A stretch of 64,000 nt of DNA from Paraphysomonas bandaiensis (GCA_965644295.1 CBFFRP010000281.1:310001-374000); one strand, 5' to 3'. Positions 40,050 through 53,682 are shown, numbered from the stretch's first letter. Notes: generated by a model not told the origin, from the sequence alone. A program made the numbers and translations.

Positions 40050-42608
40050 CTACTTGGTTCGGTAAAAAACACTGACTTCTCTTTTGAAAGTAGGATCATC
40101 GTGGTCGTATATGAAAAATGCGTGGGGAAATGAGATCACCTATACAACAGTAATCATAAGCAATTATATAGTACAGAAATTTTGAACCAGCAACCTTATC
40201 CAAGTTATATATTTGAAAGAAATCAGCAAGAGAGTTTTCATAGCAATCAAAAGTTAGAACAATATCAGGGTCTGGCCAGCATCCCACTTCTTCTACATTA
40301 GACATGCATTCATGCCTGGAGGACATTAACTCGACAAACTTTCCTGGCGACTTTTCAAATTTCTTCGATGCGGATTCAAGTCCCTCGCTTCATCAATACC
40401 ATTAAATAAAGCTTAAAAGAGATCCTGTTACTTACTCGGGTGAACAATCAGGGGAATACAAGGAGACATTTAATGGGAGCCACAGCATATGTTTAGTATC
40501 ATTTACCAGTCGTACGTAATGAGTCGGCATAAACGAGTAACCGGGAAACGAATGGCATGGCGCAAGTAGGTATATATTTATACTCGCGTGTATATCAACA
40601 GCACTTTGATCATACTTTCCAAACAATTCAAGATACCCTATTCACAAAGGTAAAACTATGTGGGCATAATCTGAGACGATACTCACTGGTCTCTATGTCC
40701 GCTGAAATGTAGTGAAAAGCTGACTCCGTACCACCCTATTCTTCATATTACATACAGATACACGTATTCGCTATATATAGATCACACGATTTATATCCAT
40801 GCCTACGAACCTGGTGATACGTGATGAGATAGACGGAAGCAATGGCATGCAAACCACATAGCAGAGATAGAACAATACTTCCTAAGCGCATACAGTCCCC
40901 GCAATGTTGTCTGTGCGATGCGGATTCCTCATTGCTGCTGCTCTTGTACGTATCATTCACATAGGACACGATATAGCCAACAAAAAGGTGGACAGCAGGA
41001 AGAATAGGAAGAATGAAGCGAAACTCCTATTCGTCATTACCAATCACAATACATGGGATAGATAAAACAATAGGGGGCTCACCTTGTGAGGAGACAAGCT
41101 CATCACCACGGTGTAAACACCAGATAGTGCAATAAAAAGCCTGAATTACATATTTTGACAACACTCTAACATCAGCTGCAGCAATACTGACTTCGAGGTA
41201 TACGAAATTCGATTTCTAAAAGACTTGTGCAGAATAAAGAGGTACAACCCGCAAGCCACCACAAAGAGATGCAGTCCTAGAACTGTGACAAGTCCCTACG
41301 AAACAGCATGCAACTATTCAAAATAATTCAACGATTGCAAAGGTGTACCTCGGTAAAGTACCAGTAATATGGTTTGATTCCAAATATAGCAGACTTATTT
41401 TCTATGAAATTCACTTCCAGGAAGCGCAAAGGCGGAACATTGCGTATTACATCTACGACGAGCTGTCCAACAATAAGCCCACAGATAACAGTACAACTAA
41501 TTTACCTGGTCAAACTGTAAATTCATAAGCTTGTGCCATATATACAGAATTGCATCTCCTGGAGACACGTAGTCATAGCTATATCCCACAACATCCATGT
41601 AAATGCACCCCAGGAGAGGGACAGCACCTATGACAAGACACTGGAAACCGTTAAAGCCTTGGGCTACATGAAATATACAGTTACCTGCAGAAGGAAGTAT
41701 ATTGGCGATGATTGTGTTATAAGCATCGCAGTGACCACTGGGCCCTGAAGATAAATTACAGAACATAACATATACAGACAGCATGGACCAGCATGATAAG
41801 AGCCGTGGGTCTGGAGTACACGGATATAACTGAAAGAATGATAGCCATCGCTATATACATCGCGAAACTACAGTTACAAAATAAAAAAACAAAGGCTAAA
41901 TCCACCTCTATTTCTGTGCATCCACGCCCACAGAATAAGCAGTAACAGAGCTGTCTCCGTTGAGTTAGATAGAGTTCGACACATGCAATACGTCAAACTC
42001 CACGAAGAGAGATGAGCCAGAAGCGCATATCTTGCAATATGTGAACCAGAAACACGTCTACACAAAATATTTACAGCAAATATATCCAAAGCTAAGTAAA
42101 CCTGCAAATATCATAGAAACATGTATCTGACAGGGCTGCAAGTACCCCCTGTAAGACACGCGGTGCCATTGCAGACACTATATGTGACTTCCATCCCTAA
42201 TACAGAGAAATCACATGGATTCTGTATATAGATATGATCTACCAGTGATCTCTGTATAGTAAAACATATATAGTATAGTGATAGTGTCACATGACTCCGT
42301 ATACGATACTCAGACTGCCATTCCCATGTCCTGAGATACATATGAGGACATGGGGGGGTCATGATCATATATACAAACATTTGTTTAATATCTCCATTGA
42401 TTATTTGAAATGCTGGATCAACTCCTGTGTATGGTAAGTTATGTATGTATGTGTGTACAGAGAGGCTATCAGTATGAGTAAGCGTGTATTAACCTTGAAA
42501 GTACTCATCTGGTATAAACGTAGTCCGAATAATACTTGCTATGAATACTCGGTAAAACATACATGCACAGAGTAACTGTAGCAGTTGTGAGCTACTGCTC
42601 TGTTTCAT
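40050..42608 (-). CDS. PIGB: GPI mannosyltransferase 3 (PIG-B/GPI10), many exons
   Basis: RTTFIPDEYFQ, TWEW...RIRS, CRTLSNSTET, RPTAL, HK/EFRFILPILP, LAPCHSFPGYS, DCSP. Confidence 0.9.
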
Positions 42609-42730
42609 TTCAGGGTAAGAAATTGGGCATAGGTAAGAATTGTAAGTTAAGTTATATTGTGGTGTGCATTGTGTGTGATTCCATAGTACAAGCATAGCAT
42701 CAACCCAATCAGATCCCTCCATCCTCACAG

Positions 42731-43030
42731 TATGTATGTATGTATGTATGTATGTATGTATGTATGTATGTATGTATGTATGTATGTATGTATGTATGTA
42801 TGTATGTATGTATGTATGTATGTATGTATGTATGTATGTATGTATGTATGTATGTATGTATGTATGTATGTATGTATGTATGTATGTATGTATGTATGTA
42901 TGTATGTATGTATGTATGTATGTATGTATGTATGTATGTATGTATGTATGTATGTATGTATGTATGTATGTATGTATGTATGTATGTATGTATGTATGTA
43001 TGTATGTATGTATGTATGTATGTATGTATG
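42731..43030. repeat. Perfect (TATG)75 microsatellite
   Basis: 300 bp of uninterrupted TATG between the divergent PIG-B and knottin genes. Confidence 0.99.
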
Positions 43031-43083
43031 TCATGTACTGTTAATAGTCAGTATCTCAAAGCACTAGTCTTCATATTATTGAT

Positions 43084-43902
43084 ATGTTAATTAAAGGTCT
43101 TTTCATCGGTATCCTTTCTGGGTTAGCTAGTGCAGATGTTAACGTAAGGAAGGGAATACGTGGGTCTACATGTGTTGCCCATGGAGAGCAATGTGTTGGA
43201 AACGACTCTGTTTGCTGTGATCCTGCTGAGCATTGCGCTAGGGGAGGGCCTAACGGCGAGCAAATATGTACAACTGAAGATGATTGCCTACTTCATTTGG
43301 CATATTGTGACATTACCAAAGAAAATACCTGCTGTGGAGCTCCTGAATACCATTGCGTGGCTGGGCCTTACGGCTATAAGTGTGATAACGTAGGGAAGGG
43401 AGTACGCGGGTCTACATGTGTTGCCCACGGAGAGCAATGTGTTGGAAACGACTCTGTTTGCTGTGATCCTGCTGAGCATTGCGCTAGAGGAGGGCCTAAC
43501 GGCGAGCAAATATGTACAACTGAAGATGATTGCCTACTTCATTTGGCATATTGTGACATTACCAAAGAAAATACCTGCTGTGGAGCTCCTGAGTACCATT
43601 GCGTGGCTGGCCCTTACGGCTATAAGTGTGATAACGTAGGGAAGGGAGTACGCGGGTCTACATGTGTTGCCCACGGAGAGCAATGTGTTGGAAACGACTC
43701 TGTTTGCTGTGATCCTGCTGAGCATTGCGCTAGAGGAGGGCCTAACGGCGAGCAAATATGTACAACTGAAGATGATTGCCTACTTCATTTGGCATATTGT
43801 GACATTACCAAAGAAAATACCTGCTGTGGAGCTCCTGAGTACCATTGCGTGGCTGGCCCTTACGGCTATAAGTGTGATAACGTAGGGAAGTATTATTCGT
43901 GA
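43084..43902 (+). CDS. Secreted cysteine-rich precursor: three 82-aa repeats, each holding two C-C-CC-C-C (knottin/CBM1-like) modules
   Basis: Signal peptide MLIKGLFIGILSGLASA; three near-identical 246-bp repeats starting at 43162, 43408 and 43654; 36 Cys; intronless. Confidence 0.85.
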   Translation: MLIKGLFIGILSGLASADVNVRKGIRGSTCVAHGEQCVGNDSVCCDPAEHCARGGPNGEQICTTEDDCLLHLAYCDITKENTCCGAPEYHCVAGPYGYKCDNVGKGVRGSTCVAHGEQCVGNDSVCCDPAEHCARGGPNGEQICTTEDDCLLHLAYCDITKENTCCGAPEYHCVAGPYGYKCDNVGKGVRGSTCVAHGEQCVGNDSVCCDPAEHCARGGPNGEQICTTEDDCLLHLAYCDITKENTCCGAPEYHCVAGPYGYKCDNVGKYYS

Positions 43903-44969
43903 TAACATCCAACTCGTGGATAGTCAAAAGACACCGAATTACTTTTTTGTATTGGGAAGTCTGAGTACTATTTGTATGAAGGAGAGCACTGTTTAGTTCT
44001 CTCTTTCTCCATTGTAAGCTGCGGTTGAAATATTTTGCGGTGAAGTATTATCTAGAAAATTTTTATATTTCGAAATAAAATTGATTTGTATTAGAGTTTA
44101 CTATATAATAACGAGATCACCCCCGATGCACTCCCGACGTAGTAGTTGTAGCACCTGTAGTAAATACTACTTGCTCTCAAAACCTTTACAACTTTACTAA
44201 TTATACACAAGCAATCACGACAAGGAACGTAGATACGTCCAACGATATAATCATTCAGGATTTTATAAAGATTCCTACATATGTGCTCAACATATGTGAC
44301 AAACAGCTTGTCAAATTAAAATAGACAGCTTGTATAGCACTATGTTGCTATATTCTATATTGTTCCCTGCCAAGGCTTGTTGTCCTATTACTACTAACAC
44401 TTCGATGTGATGCAACAGTGTGTCATGGGATACAGAAAAATGTCTTCAATAACGGCATTATTAAAATACATCCTCAACAAACATCAATATTCCCCGGCAT
44501 ATATACACGTGCTGCAGAAGTGAACACTCTATTCCACTCTGCAGATTCCCAGGAGACCAGAAAGAACAATATCATATATCTGATGATAGATCTTTATATT
44601 ATATGATAGTGTATGGTTTACAGGAGAGACTGTGAAATGAAGGGTGGGAACTGGTCTGCTGCTGTGTTAAAGATACTCCTTAACATACCCATTAACACTT
44701 TATGAAACATAGTGAAAAAATCCACTTTTTCTTTGAAATAAAACCCTATTTTTTGAACAATTCTATGATTCTTATCTAAAAAGTGAATATATATCGAAAA
44801 TAATGTGGTTTTTGTTAATTTTCCCATCTGTCCATCTACAGTATGTGGCATATACAGCAGTACTTCTACTGTGATGCTGCTGTGGTGGGAGGCTGGCTGA
44901 GTGTGGCCACTGTATGAACATCGACTCATGTCATAGTCTTATAATTCACAGATATCTATATAATCAACT

Positions 44970-46370
44970 ATGTGTATACGCTGTTTAACAGAAGGATTAT
45001 TTGATCCAGCAAAGATTAAGAAGAAAAAAAAGAAATCATCTCGTATCCCTTCAAACAACACACATGCAGACACTGTAGATACTATTCCAGTTAAACAGAG
45101 ACCTAAATGGAGTTCTCCTTTATGTGAAGACTGGTGGAATAGTACAGTTGATACAGAATCTATTGGGATTAATACAGAATCTGTTAGATACTGTGTAGTG
45201 AATGGCAGTGCATCACATCGTATGTTGTATATACCTGATTGGGGCCAGTCTTTCCTGCACCACTCGTTAATACTGAAGAGACTACATGACACGAAGGTAT
45301 ATTCTCTTTGGTCGTATGATAGTATATCACAAGGTTGGTGTTATATATTGTTTATCGATGGCGGTATAGTTATGCTGTGAACTATATCATAGGCTTATCT
45401 GAATCTCTCTATCCGTCGTCCTGTTGCGTCTCTGTTAACTCATTCGGAGATTATACCAAACTACTTGAGTATTTTACTGATCATGTTATCAATAGTAGAG
45501 ATGCTACTCTTCCTATTGATATTGTTCTCTGTGGGCACAGTGCACAACTATTGTTTACTGTGAAGAGGAATATGTTTCGTAGGGTGTATCTCCTCAATCC
45601 AGTTTTCACTCCTTCTTTTCACCTATATTTACCTTTGATTTTCGGCAATGGAAGTGCAGACTCCTCAAGGGATAACCTACCCGTGTTTGTTCCCTCTGTA
45701 TGTTACTCTCTACTCTTTGGCGATTTTTACTTTTACTTATAGGCTCTTGTTCTCCCTGTACATCGCATACAAGTTTTATTACTGCGTTTGTTATCGTTTG
45801 TGTCGAGCACGACTGAGTCGATGTCAGCCACCCTCGAGAATTTTAAAATGACAACCATGTCCAATATCTTATCGTGGCTGTTTCGAGGGCTATGGGATGT
45901 ATACAAGCACGGTGATGAATCCGCGCATTATGTCCCATCTATTCTACAGCTTCATACCTCGTATATATACAGCCGGTACGAGAAATAGTGTTTCTCCTTT
46001 ATTTTTTGTTTACAACTTTTACAAAGGGCTGAGGAGTTAAAAGTCAACGAAAAGTACCCTTCGATTTCCAAGAAACCCCTTTCAATTCATTGGATTGACT
46101 GTTATTTAAATACACGGTTAAGTTCCCAGGAAAAACGCATACAAAATAATTCCGACCTCGAGCAGTACAACAATATGGAAATACATGTATTCAGTAGCTA
46201 TAGTATGTGTAAGGCACTGAGTTCTATACGGGTACTCTCTTCGTTGCTTGCGCGGAGATGTATATCTTCGACAGTGTATACTTATGAATGCGCTGTCGAT
46301 GAGTCTGAGAGTCAGAGCAACTCCTCTAGTGTTGATAGACTTTTACGGTATATTTGTGACGAAAATAAAT
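44970..46370 (+). CDS. Hypothetical multi-exon protein, possibly a divergent alpha/beta-hydrolase fold
   Basis: Successive + ORFs with GT-AG gaps; RMLYIPDWGQS, IVLCGHSA and RVYLLNP resemble hydrolase strands, but there is no intact GxSxG. Confidence 0.45.
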
Positions 46371-47540
46371 AACTACTAGAGTTGTATATTTTGGTCTATT
46401 TGAGTTTTTATCGCTTTAGCAAGCCACTATTATGTCAACTAGTAGTAAAATCTAGTGAGTAGTATGAATAACAATTAACATCATGCAACTGTAATGCATA
46501 GAAAATAGCCCTTACTTCACAATCCAATAGGTTCTGCATGCATGATTATGTTACTTTTTCTCAAGTTAACCAGAAACTTATCAGAGTGCTGACTGTTAAT
46601 AAATCCTATTTCCTAATATACACTGGAGCACTGGAGGCTTAGCAGTCTTCCTTTATCAGTTGATGTTGTTGAAAAACTACTTACCTACACTCTCCCCACA
46701 TAGTTCCGTCGCTGAATACATATTTGTCGCACCATTGAATCTGTGGTGTAGATATTAGCAAAATAGGATATATAGTAATATATATAGTAATGATGTACAT
46801 GGGTTGGGTGTGTGACTTCTGAAATAGTTAGATATCAGCAAATTTCTTTATTTGTTTCCCTTGTACCACACAACATGTATGCCAACGGAAATTATATTTA
46901 TCATATATATGGCTAATACACGGGTGCAGGTCCTTTGAGTTCGTTTAACACTGGGCAGCATTTTTATATTCGTCAAACGAGTTCGACTTTGTTGAGGGAT
47001 TTACAAAAACAACCACGTTGCCAATAAATATTCTCCAGGGCATGCACAGACACCATTTTTCAGATAACCATTTCCTCATCATGCGGCTACTATAAAACGT
47101 TACTTTCCGTTTCACTCAATAATAGTTCTAACGTTTAAACTACACGATAAGTATTTTACTGTAATGTGTCGATTACACTATCAAAGTTTGACATTATATT
47201 AGAAGTATTAACTTAACAACAGAAGGTAACTTATACTCAATGTTGAGAATTATAAATTATAATCAATATCTCTTATCATTCATCAATTTCATGTTGTCTC
47301 TGCTACCACTCATTTCTCGTACGACGATCTTACGTCGTCACTACAACTTGCATCGTCACTACAACTTGCATCGTCACTACATTCCGTTTTACCGCTATAT
47401 ACTTATCGCCATTCATTCTCACAATAAGATTAAGAAGACTACAACTGTATACTACAGTAATTTAAATACCTTATAACTACAGCTTTCAATTGCTCTCATA
47501 TAGCAGAACTCAACATACACTACAAGTAGTACCGTTTACA

Positions 47541-47632
47541 ACTAGTATGTCTAGCATTCAACTAACCACTATTTTGGTGCAGGTTTTTCACGCCTATTGC
47601 TAAATAATAAGACTTTTAATAGACTTTTAATA
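47541..47632 (+). mobile_element. 92-bp extreme 3' fragment of the same LINE family (copy D)
   Basis: actagtatgtctagcattcaact...cgcctattgctaaataataagactttt matches the family 3' end; degenerate 14-bp TSD tagtaccgtttaca / taatactgtttaca. Confidence 0.75.
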
Positions 47633-47990
47633 TAATACTGTTTACATTGCTACTTCAAATGCTGTACAATTCTTCACACTTTCTATCATGTTAATTCACA
47701 AGATGTTGTTTGAAAGGAATCTGTACCTGCCAATGAAATACGAAGGCTATTTCTAATTGTATCTACATGGAAATATTTTAATTTATCAAAAGGACTACTA
47801 AATTATTAACTTAACAAAATATTACATTCACGATTGTCCATTCAGGTGTAATTTCAAACCGTGCGACTACAACTTTAGAACTATGTTTAGTTCACTTCAT
47901 CATAATTACATTTGAATCACGTACAAGTGAGAGAACAACCTTAGGAGATTATCGCCAGCCAATCATCTCGATGTGACAATTCTAAGCATA

Positions 47991-49873
47991 CTATGAGCTT
48001 CCCAAAGCTTGCAATATCGGGCGATAGAGTTGTGAAATCTCCGTATCATTTTTCAGAATATCCATCATGATATCTTGATCATCGCCTCGATTCTGATTAA
48101 CGTGGTTGTATATAGGGTTACTCATACTAAGCCTGTACAAAGGGGAATTGTTGACATCATAGAACTGGATATCCGATACAATGGCATTTATCACCCACTC
48201 TGGTTCGTTAAGTTCGAGAGTATCCATGATTTTCCAAACAGTCCCGCTAAAGTCTCCCATAAATTCATCGAGATCAATATTCAGGGAATTGGGGTCGTGC
48301 TCTGTGTGCCGGATTATTTGCACCATACGAAGGGACTCATAATAGTCGATAGCGGCCTCGACACGAAGGCCCTCCACTAAAGGCAAAGCCTCTAGCGTAT
48401 CCATTAGAGACGTTGAAATATTTCCCAGGTGTTTGCACATAAAATTGTATTCCTAAACACAAGAAATTTAACCATTCAAGCTACAACACCGATAGAAATA
48501 GAGGGCTACCTGTGGGGGTCGTGAGACGTACTCCCTATGTGCTCCCACTGTATGAAAATGATTCGACTTCGCTTTCTTCTTCTTGGCTCTGTGTGACGGG
48601 AAATTAAGGTGTTCTTCCATTGATTTGATAGAGAGGAGCTCGTGCTCACGACGACAACACGGTTCGCAAAGGTGAACCGACCTAATAAATATGGTCAAAT
48701 ATGACTTTATCAACTCGTAACTGTACTTACTTGCAATAATCCTGGACCTCTTCGCGAGGTAGAGGGGTGCGAATATTTTTGCTGAGTCGGGAAAACGCCT
48801 CAGATACCCCCACGGTTCGGTTACGTGGGTCAACCGCAACAACGCCACCTGACCCGATGCTATTGAGATTACACGCCTGTTACATCCACAATTGTTCAGG
48901 GATGCCACAAAGGGAGGGAACATGTATAATTATACAAACCTACCTTCTTGTAGAATAATGGCTTTGTGCACCACGACTCGGAGCCTTCCTTATGATACCT
49001 GTCCGCAACTTTTACAGTGAAATACCAATTCAAAACTTCTGCACCTGTAGCCAGATATTATTTTTTTATACGGGTGCCGATAGAAGTGGAAGAACTTGTA
49101 GGGCACACCAAGCTCCTCGGGTAGCCAGATCTACGTTGTATGGATGTGAGTACCCGAAAGGTCGTTAAAAGAATCTTACATACCCACTGCGTATGTCCAA
49201 GCAAGTGAACTACAAACATGTATTTATTTCAATTCAGTTAATCATAAACGAACTGCTACCTGGCTCAGTCTGGAGAGTATGCTGTATGGCATGAATGCTA
49301 TCTCTGGTGACGTGATAAATACAGCACCATTTCATACGGGCACAAAGAGATGCAAACATTTTCTGCGCTAAAAATGTTCCCGTCTTATGGTGTGCACCCC
49401 AAAGCACGATTGGCTAATATTCAATATATTATATTGGAGTGAGCGTAAAGATGTATGGCAGCTTACATGGGAGTTGGAGGTGTCAGTTACATTGAAGTCG
49501 TATTCAGAGGTGCTGAACAAATATCAGAATCTATAAAACAAAACTTTCTTTCATATAACCTGAGTCGTCGATCAGCAGATGTGTCTCTATAAGAGTTAAA
49601 AGACGAATTCTTTGAACTAAATCCATTCTTCCAAATCTGTCATATATAATCACCACAGCATACATAATAAACACAGATAACTACTTGAACACCACGTAGC
49701 TTTCCATTCCAACCAGGTGTAGGGTTCTTACACTGTGAATTAACTACCATACCAATCTCAGGATATACCCTGTAAGCTATATATAAACTACTGAGTAGAG
49801 ACACCCCCACTAGACTGAAGAAACATATAGTCGCCAGTAAGACAAAAGTCATTATAGTGTGCCCGTTCCACAT
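47991..49873 (-). CDS. Type II membrane sulfotransferase-like protein, multi-exon
   Basis: N-terminal TM helix; IVLWGAHHKTGTFLAQKMF (5'-PSB PAPS-binding loop); FHFYRHP.KKIISGYR (3'-PB-like). Confidence 0.7.
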
Positions 49874-50117
49874 ATTGGATGTGAAGTACTTGGTATAAAA
49901 CAACAGGCTCCTATGTGTTTCTTATGAGAAGTAATGTGTGGGTGTCGATGTTAAGTACGAGACAATGACATTGATATACATACATGTCATATAAACCCAT
50001 ATAACATCTAGACATACACGTCTGTAGGACATGCAGCCATGACTGGGGTATATAGCTGTACCGCTGTACCACAAGTGTACCCACCTACCTGCCTACATAC
50101 AGAAGTACATACCAACG

Positions 50118-50221
50118 TACATACATACATACATACATACATACATACATACATACATACATACATACATACATACATACATACATACATACATACATAC
50201 ATACATACATACATACATACA
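50118..50221. repeat. (TACA)n microsatellite, ~26 units
   Basis: Uninterrupted tetranucleotide run in a divergent promoter region. Confidence 0.98.
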
Positions 50222-50411
50222 CAGCCATCGCTGTTATTCGTATGGTTTCCAATCATTGTACAGGACTGTGAACATAAATTATGGCATTCCATATAGATCC
50301 ACTATATTCCTAATCTAACCCGTAATTGAAAGATGTATTAATAAATAACAATGTTTACCATTACATTCCACTGACATAGCACTCTTTCATTAGAAAATCT
50401 TCATTATTAAT

Positions 50412-52279
50412 ATGAATTTTCAACCTGAAATATCGTTTCGGACTATAAAGATGATGGGTCAAGCCATGTCCCAAGCTTTTGTTGTACCATTTAATGATTT
50501 ACCAAGGGTAATATTTGTAAGTTTATTAAGATTATATTTACTCTTGTAATCTTTCTTTTATATACAGCATGCAGCTATATTATCTGCTATTGTTGCAGGA
50601 TTTTGGCTGTTGGATGCATTAAAAGATCCAATATTAGCGTCCATTGTTGGAATAGAGTATCAGCCTTTAGCTAAAGTATTATCTGTTGCTATTACTCTAG
50701 TGGTTGTGTGTTCGTATGATTTCTTGACATCAGTTGTTGACAAACCTTCGTTGTTTCATATAATTTCTGTCGTCTTCGGAATGATATTTATGATACTTGC
50801 GTCGATGCTTTCCGATCCTCACACTGGATTAGATAATCATGAGAAAAGTCCACATCGAATGCTCGGGTGGATATGTTACTTTGCTATAGAAAGTTACGGG
50901 TCACTTATGGTTGCATTATTTTGGTCTTTCACGAACTCAATAATGGATCTTGAGCAAGCCAAAGGTGGCTATGGCCTGATTATATCAATTGCTCAAGTGG
51001 GTGCCATTCTCGGTTCCACTGTAGCCACAACTGCCGAAACTGTTGGCATTGCACAGCTTTTCCTCATCAGTGCTATGAGTGTGTTCTCTATCTCCCTACT
51101 GATAAAGGTCTACCACATTGTTTATCGAGACGATGATGTTACATCACAGGTGATTAATATTTGCAGATGTTGAATCCAAACCTTTAATGAATATATAAAT
51201 AAGGTAAAAGGGCGTGTCCGAAGAGTGACAGAAACATCAGACGACCTCATTGAGCAGTTGGAGTTGGCACACACTCCAACATGTTTGCAACGCACTCTGA
51301 CAGTTTTCTCCGGCTTCTACGAAGGCCTACTACTGATAGTTAAATACCGTTACGTTTTCCACATCCTTGTGGTCACTTGCCTCTATGAGATTGTAATCAC
51401 AGTCCTCGATTATGAGTTTAAGGTACTTGGTTCGCACAAGACATCTTCACATAGTAGTAGTCTCCTTGTGGATGAGGGCGACGGAAACCGATTCGCTAAC
51501 CTATTGGGCCACTTTGGGTAGGTTACCGTGTGATTTCTTCTATTTCTATGTACTTATTGTTCATGCATAGTCAATTCACGAATCTAGTGAGTTTGCTTGT
51601 GGCGTCTGTGGGATTCTCGTTTCTTGTTCACCGACTTGGTGTGAAGGGTACCCTCATGGTGTTCCCGACTGTTCTCTTTGTAGCTGTAATTGTAACCAAT
51701 CTCGTGCCTAGTCTTTGGGTATTGTTCACTTTTGTGTCACTACTAAAAGCCATTCTTTATTCCTTACACGACCCTGCAATGGAGCTGCTGTATATGCCTA
51801 CCTCCGAGCCTATCAAATTCAAAGCTAAGGCGTGGATAGATGTACTGGGTGCTCGACTAGCTAAGGCTTTGGGGTCTATTATTACGAATATGGCTCACGG
51901 AGACCCCCAGAAGTTGCGGAATATATCCGAAATGCCCATAATAGTGATTTCGGTACTTCTTTTAGTTCTGGTATGGATCACGGGTCGCCAGTTTGATACT
52001 CTGGTACGCGATAGAATTATTGTTGGAGACGAGGACTCACCTACATCTCGACTCACTTCTTTAAGCGTGGACGGCGATCGATATGCGGGGCTCGAGATGA
52101 GAAATGGTTTGAAGCCGGGGGATGTCGGCTATGATGGATATGATTTGCATTTTTTTGAAGCTGTTTTCAGCGACGATGAAGAAAATAATGAGAGTTTGAA
52201 TAGCAAGGCCGATGAAAGAAATGGAGAATTTAATAGCCCAGATGCGGGACGTAGGCGTGCTAATACGTCGAAGTGGTAG
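50412..52279 (+). CDS. TLC/NTT-family (ATP/ADP translocase-like) MFS transporter, 4 exons
   Basis: FWLLDALKDP, ESYGSLMVALFWSFTN..M.LEQAK..YGLI, KAILYSLHDPAMELLYMP....KFKAKAWIDVLGARLAKA; many TM helices. Confidence 0.85.
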
Positions 52280-52895
52280 TACTCAAATTATCAATGATGT
52301 AATTATACAAGACCAATAGGTTAGTATTGGGACTGGCATTATAAAGTTTAATCATGTTCCAGTTCTATGTTTGTGATATTTGGCATTTATTTCAACATGC
52401 TTTGTAAACCATATAGATGCAACCGTCGTACTAGAGCCTAATAAACCGTGGAAAGGTATCTGTAGAAAATAGTCAACAATTGATAATTGGTACGTATATC
52501 GCTCCAAACATATGTTGCTTCACAATATATTCCAAACAATATTATTTCACAAGCCAGACATACACAGAACTATTCCCTGTTCTCTGAAGTGAACCACACA
52601 GACATACCATATTTGCTCAATAGTTCACTCATTTTTGTTACACAATACTATTTTCGATGCATACAGCCTTGAATTTTTTGTTTTGATCTAAAGTTCAAGT
52701 AAACAATGGAGACGGTGGTGTAGCCAGTTATTAGGATTCAGCTTAATACAAGACTGTATCCGTGAGTTATAATGTTCAAATGAAATATATCATGAACTGA
52801 ATTAGAGAGAGTATCTGTCGAAGATACATAATCGTCATCATAACGTCGTCATTGTCAGTTACACTTCTAACTATTCCGTTGTTCATGATAGTTAT

Positions 52896-53428
52896 ATATT
52901 AAACGTCTTTTTATTTAGCAATAGGCGTTAGAAACCTGTACCAATATAGTGGTTAGTGGAATGCTAGTCATGCTAGTTAGACCTCTACCCATGACTAATC
53001 CGTACAAATTCCGTTATCCTACTATTTAACGCTACAGAAGCTGCTTGTGCGTCGCCGCAAGCACCAAGGTGCAACCACTTCCGTTCTAAATTTTGTTTGT
53101 GAGTTTCGCCCTGCTCGTGCGTCTTTGACTCACTGGCGCGTGTTGTCTGGGGGTCTTCCCTTAGGATACGGCTCCACCAGGCTCTGTGGGACAGGGTTTT
53201 GCATTAAGGTCCGAAGTGTACCGAGTACTAGATGTATGTGTGTTCTGTGAGGTGAGTGGAGTGGTGGAAGGTGTCGGTATTTCCTTGCATCGCTTGGGCA
53301 TCAGGCATAGGTGTAGTTGCCGGAGACGGCGTCTTTGTCGAGGACCAGATGTTTTCATGCAGTCCGGTGCCTTTTTCCTGCGTGCATGAGAGGTGGTGCA
53401 TGTGGTTGCAGTGGATGGTAATCGAATA
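52896..53428 (-). mobile_element. 5'-truncated non-LTR retrotransposon copy E
   Basis: Perfect 15-bp TSD GTTCATGATAGTTAT (52881-52895 and 53429-53443); homologous to copies A and C. Confidence 0.88.
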
Positions 53429-53682
53429 GTTCATGATAGTTATGTTCTATATTGTTATTCATAATTCTCACTTTTTACTGTGTTCATTACTTTACACTCT
53501 AATAATCACAACATTGTTTTACTATTACTAAGATCAATAAATTCTTCATATTCTAGTAGCAGTTGATAGCTGTCATTCTCGTTGCTACAGTGTCGAAGCT
53601 AAAATAACATATTGATCCACAAACATCACAACCATTATTATTAGCATATAGTTTACACTAAAATTGGTATCACAAAAACAAG

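Noticed and set aside
42732-43090. MYVC/YIHT repeat ORFs (also 50008-50296)
   Set aside because: Translation artefacts of tetranucleotide microsatellites.
43160-43890. CRISPR-like or non-coding repeat array
   Set aside because: The 246-bp units are contiguous, have no unique spacers and are in-frame coding repeats.
47335-47380. 18-bp tandem repeat cgtcactacaacttgcat and ORF 47240-47476
   Set aside because: About 2.5 copies in AT-rich intergenic DNA with no protein similarity; simple slippage.
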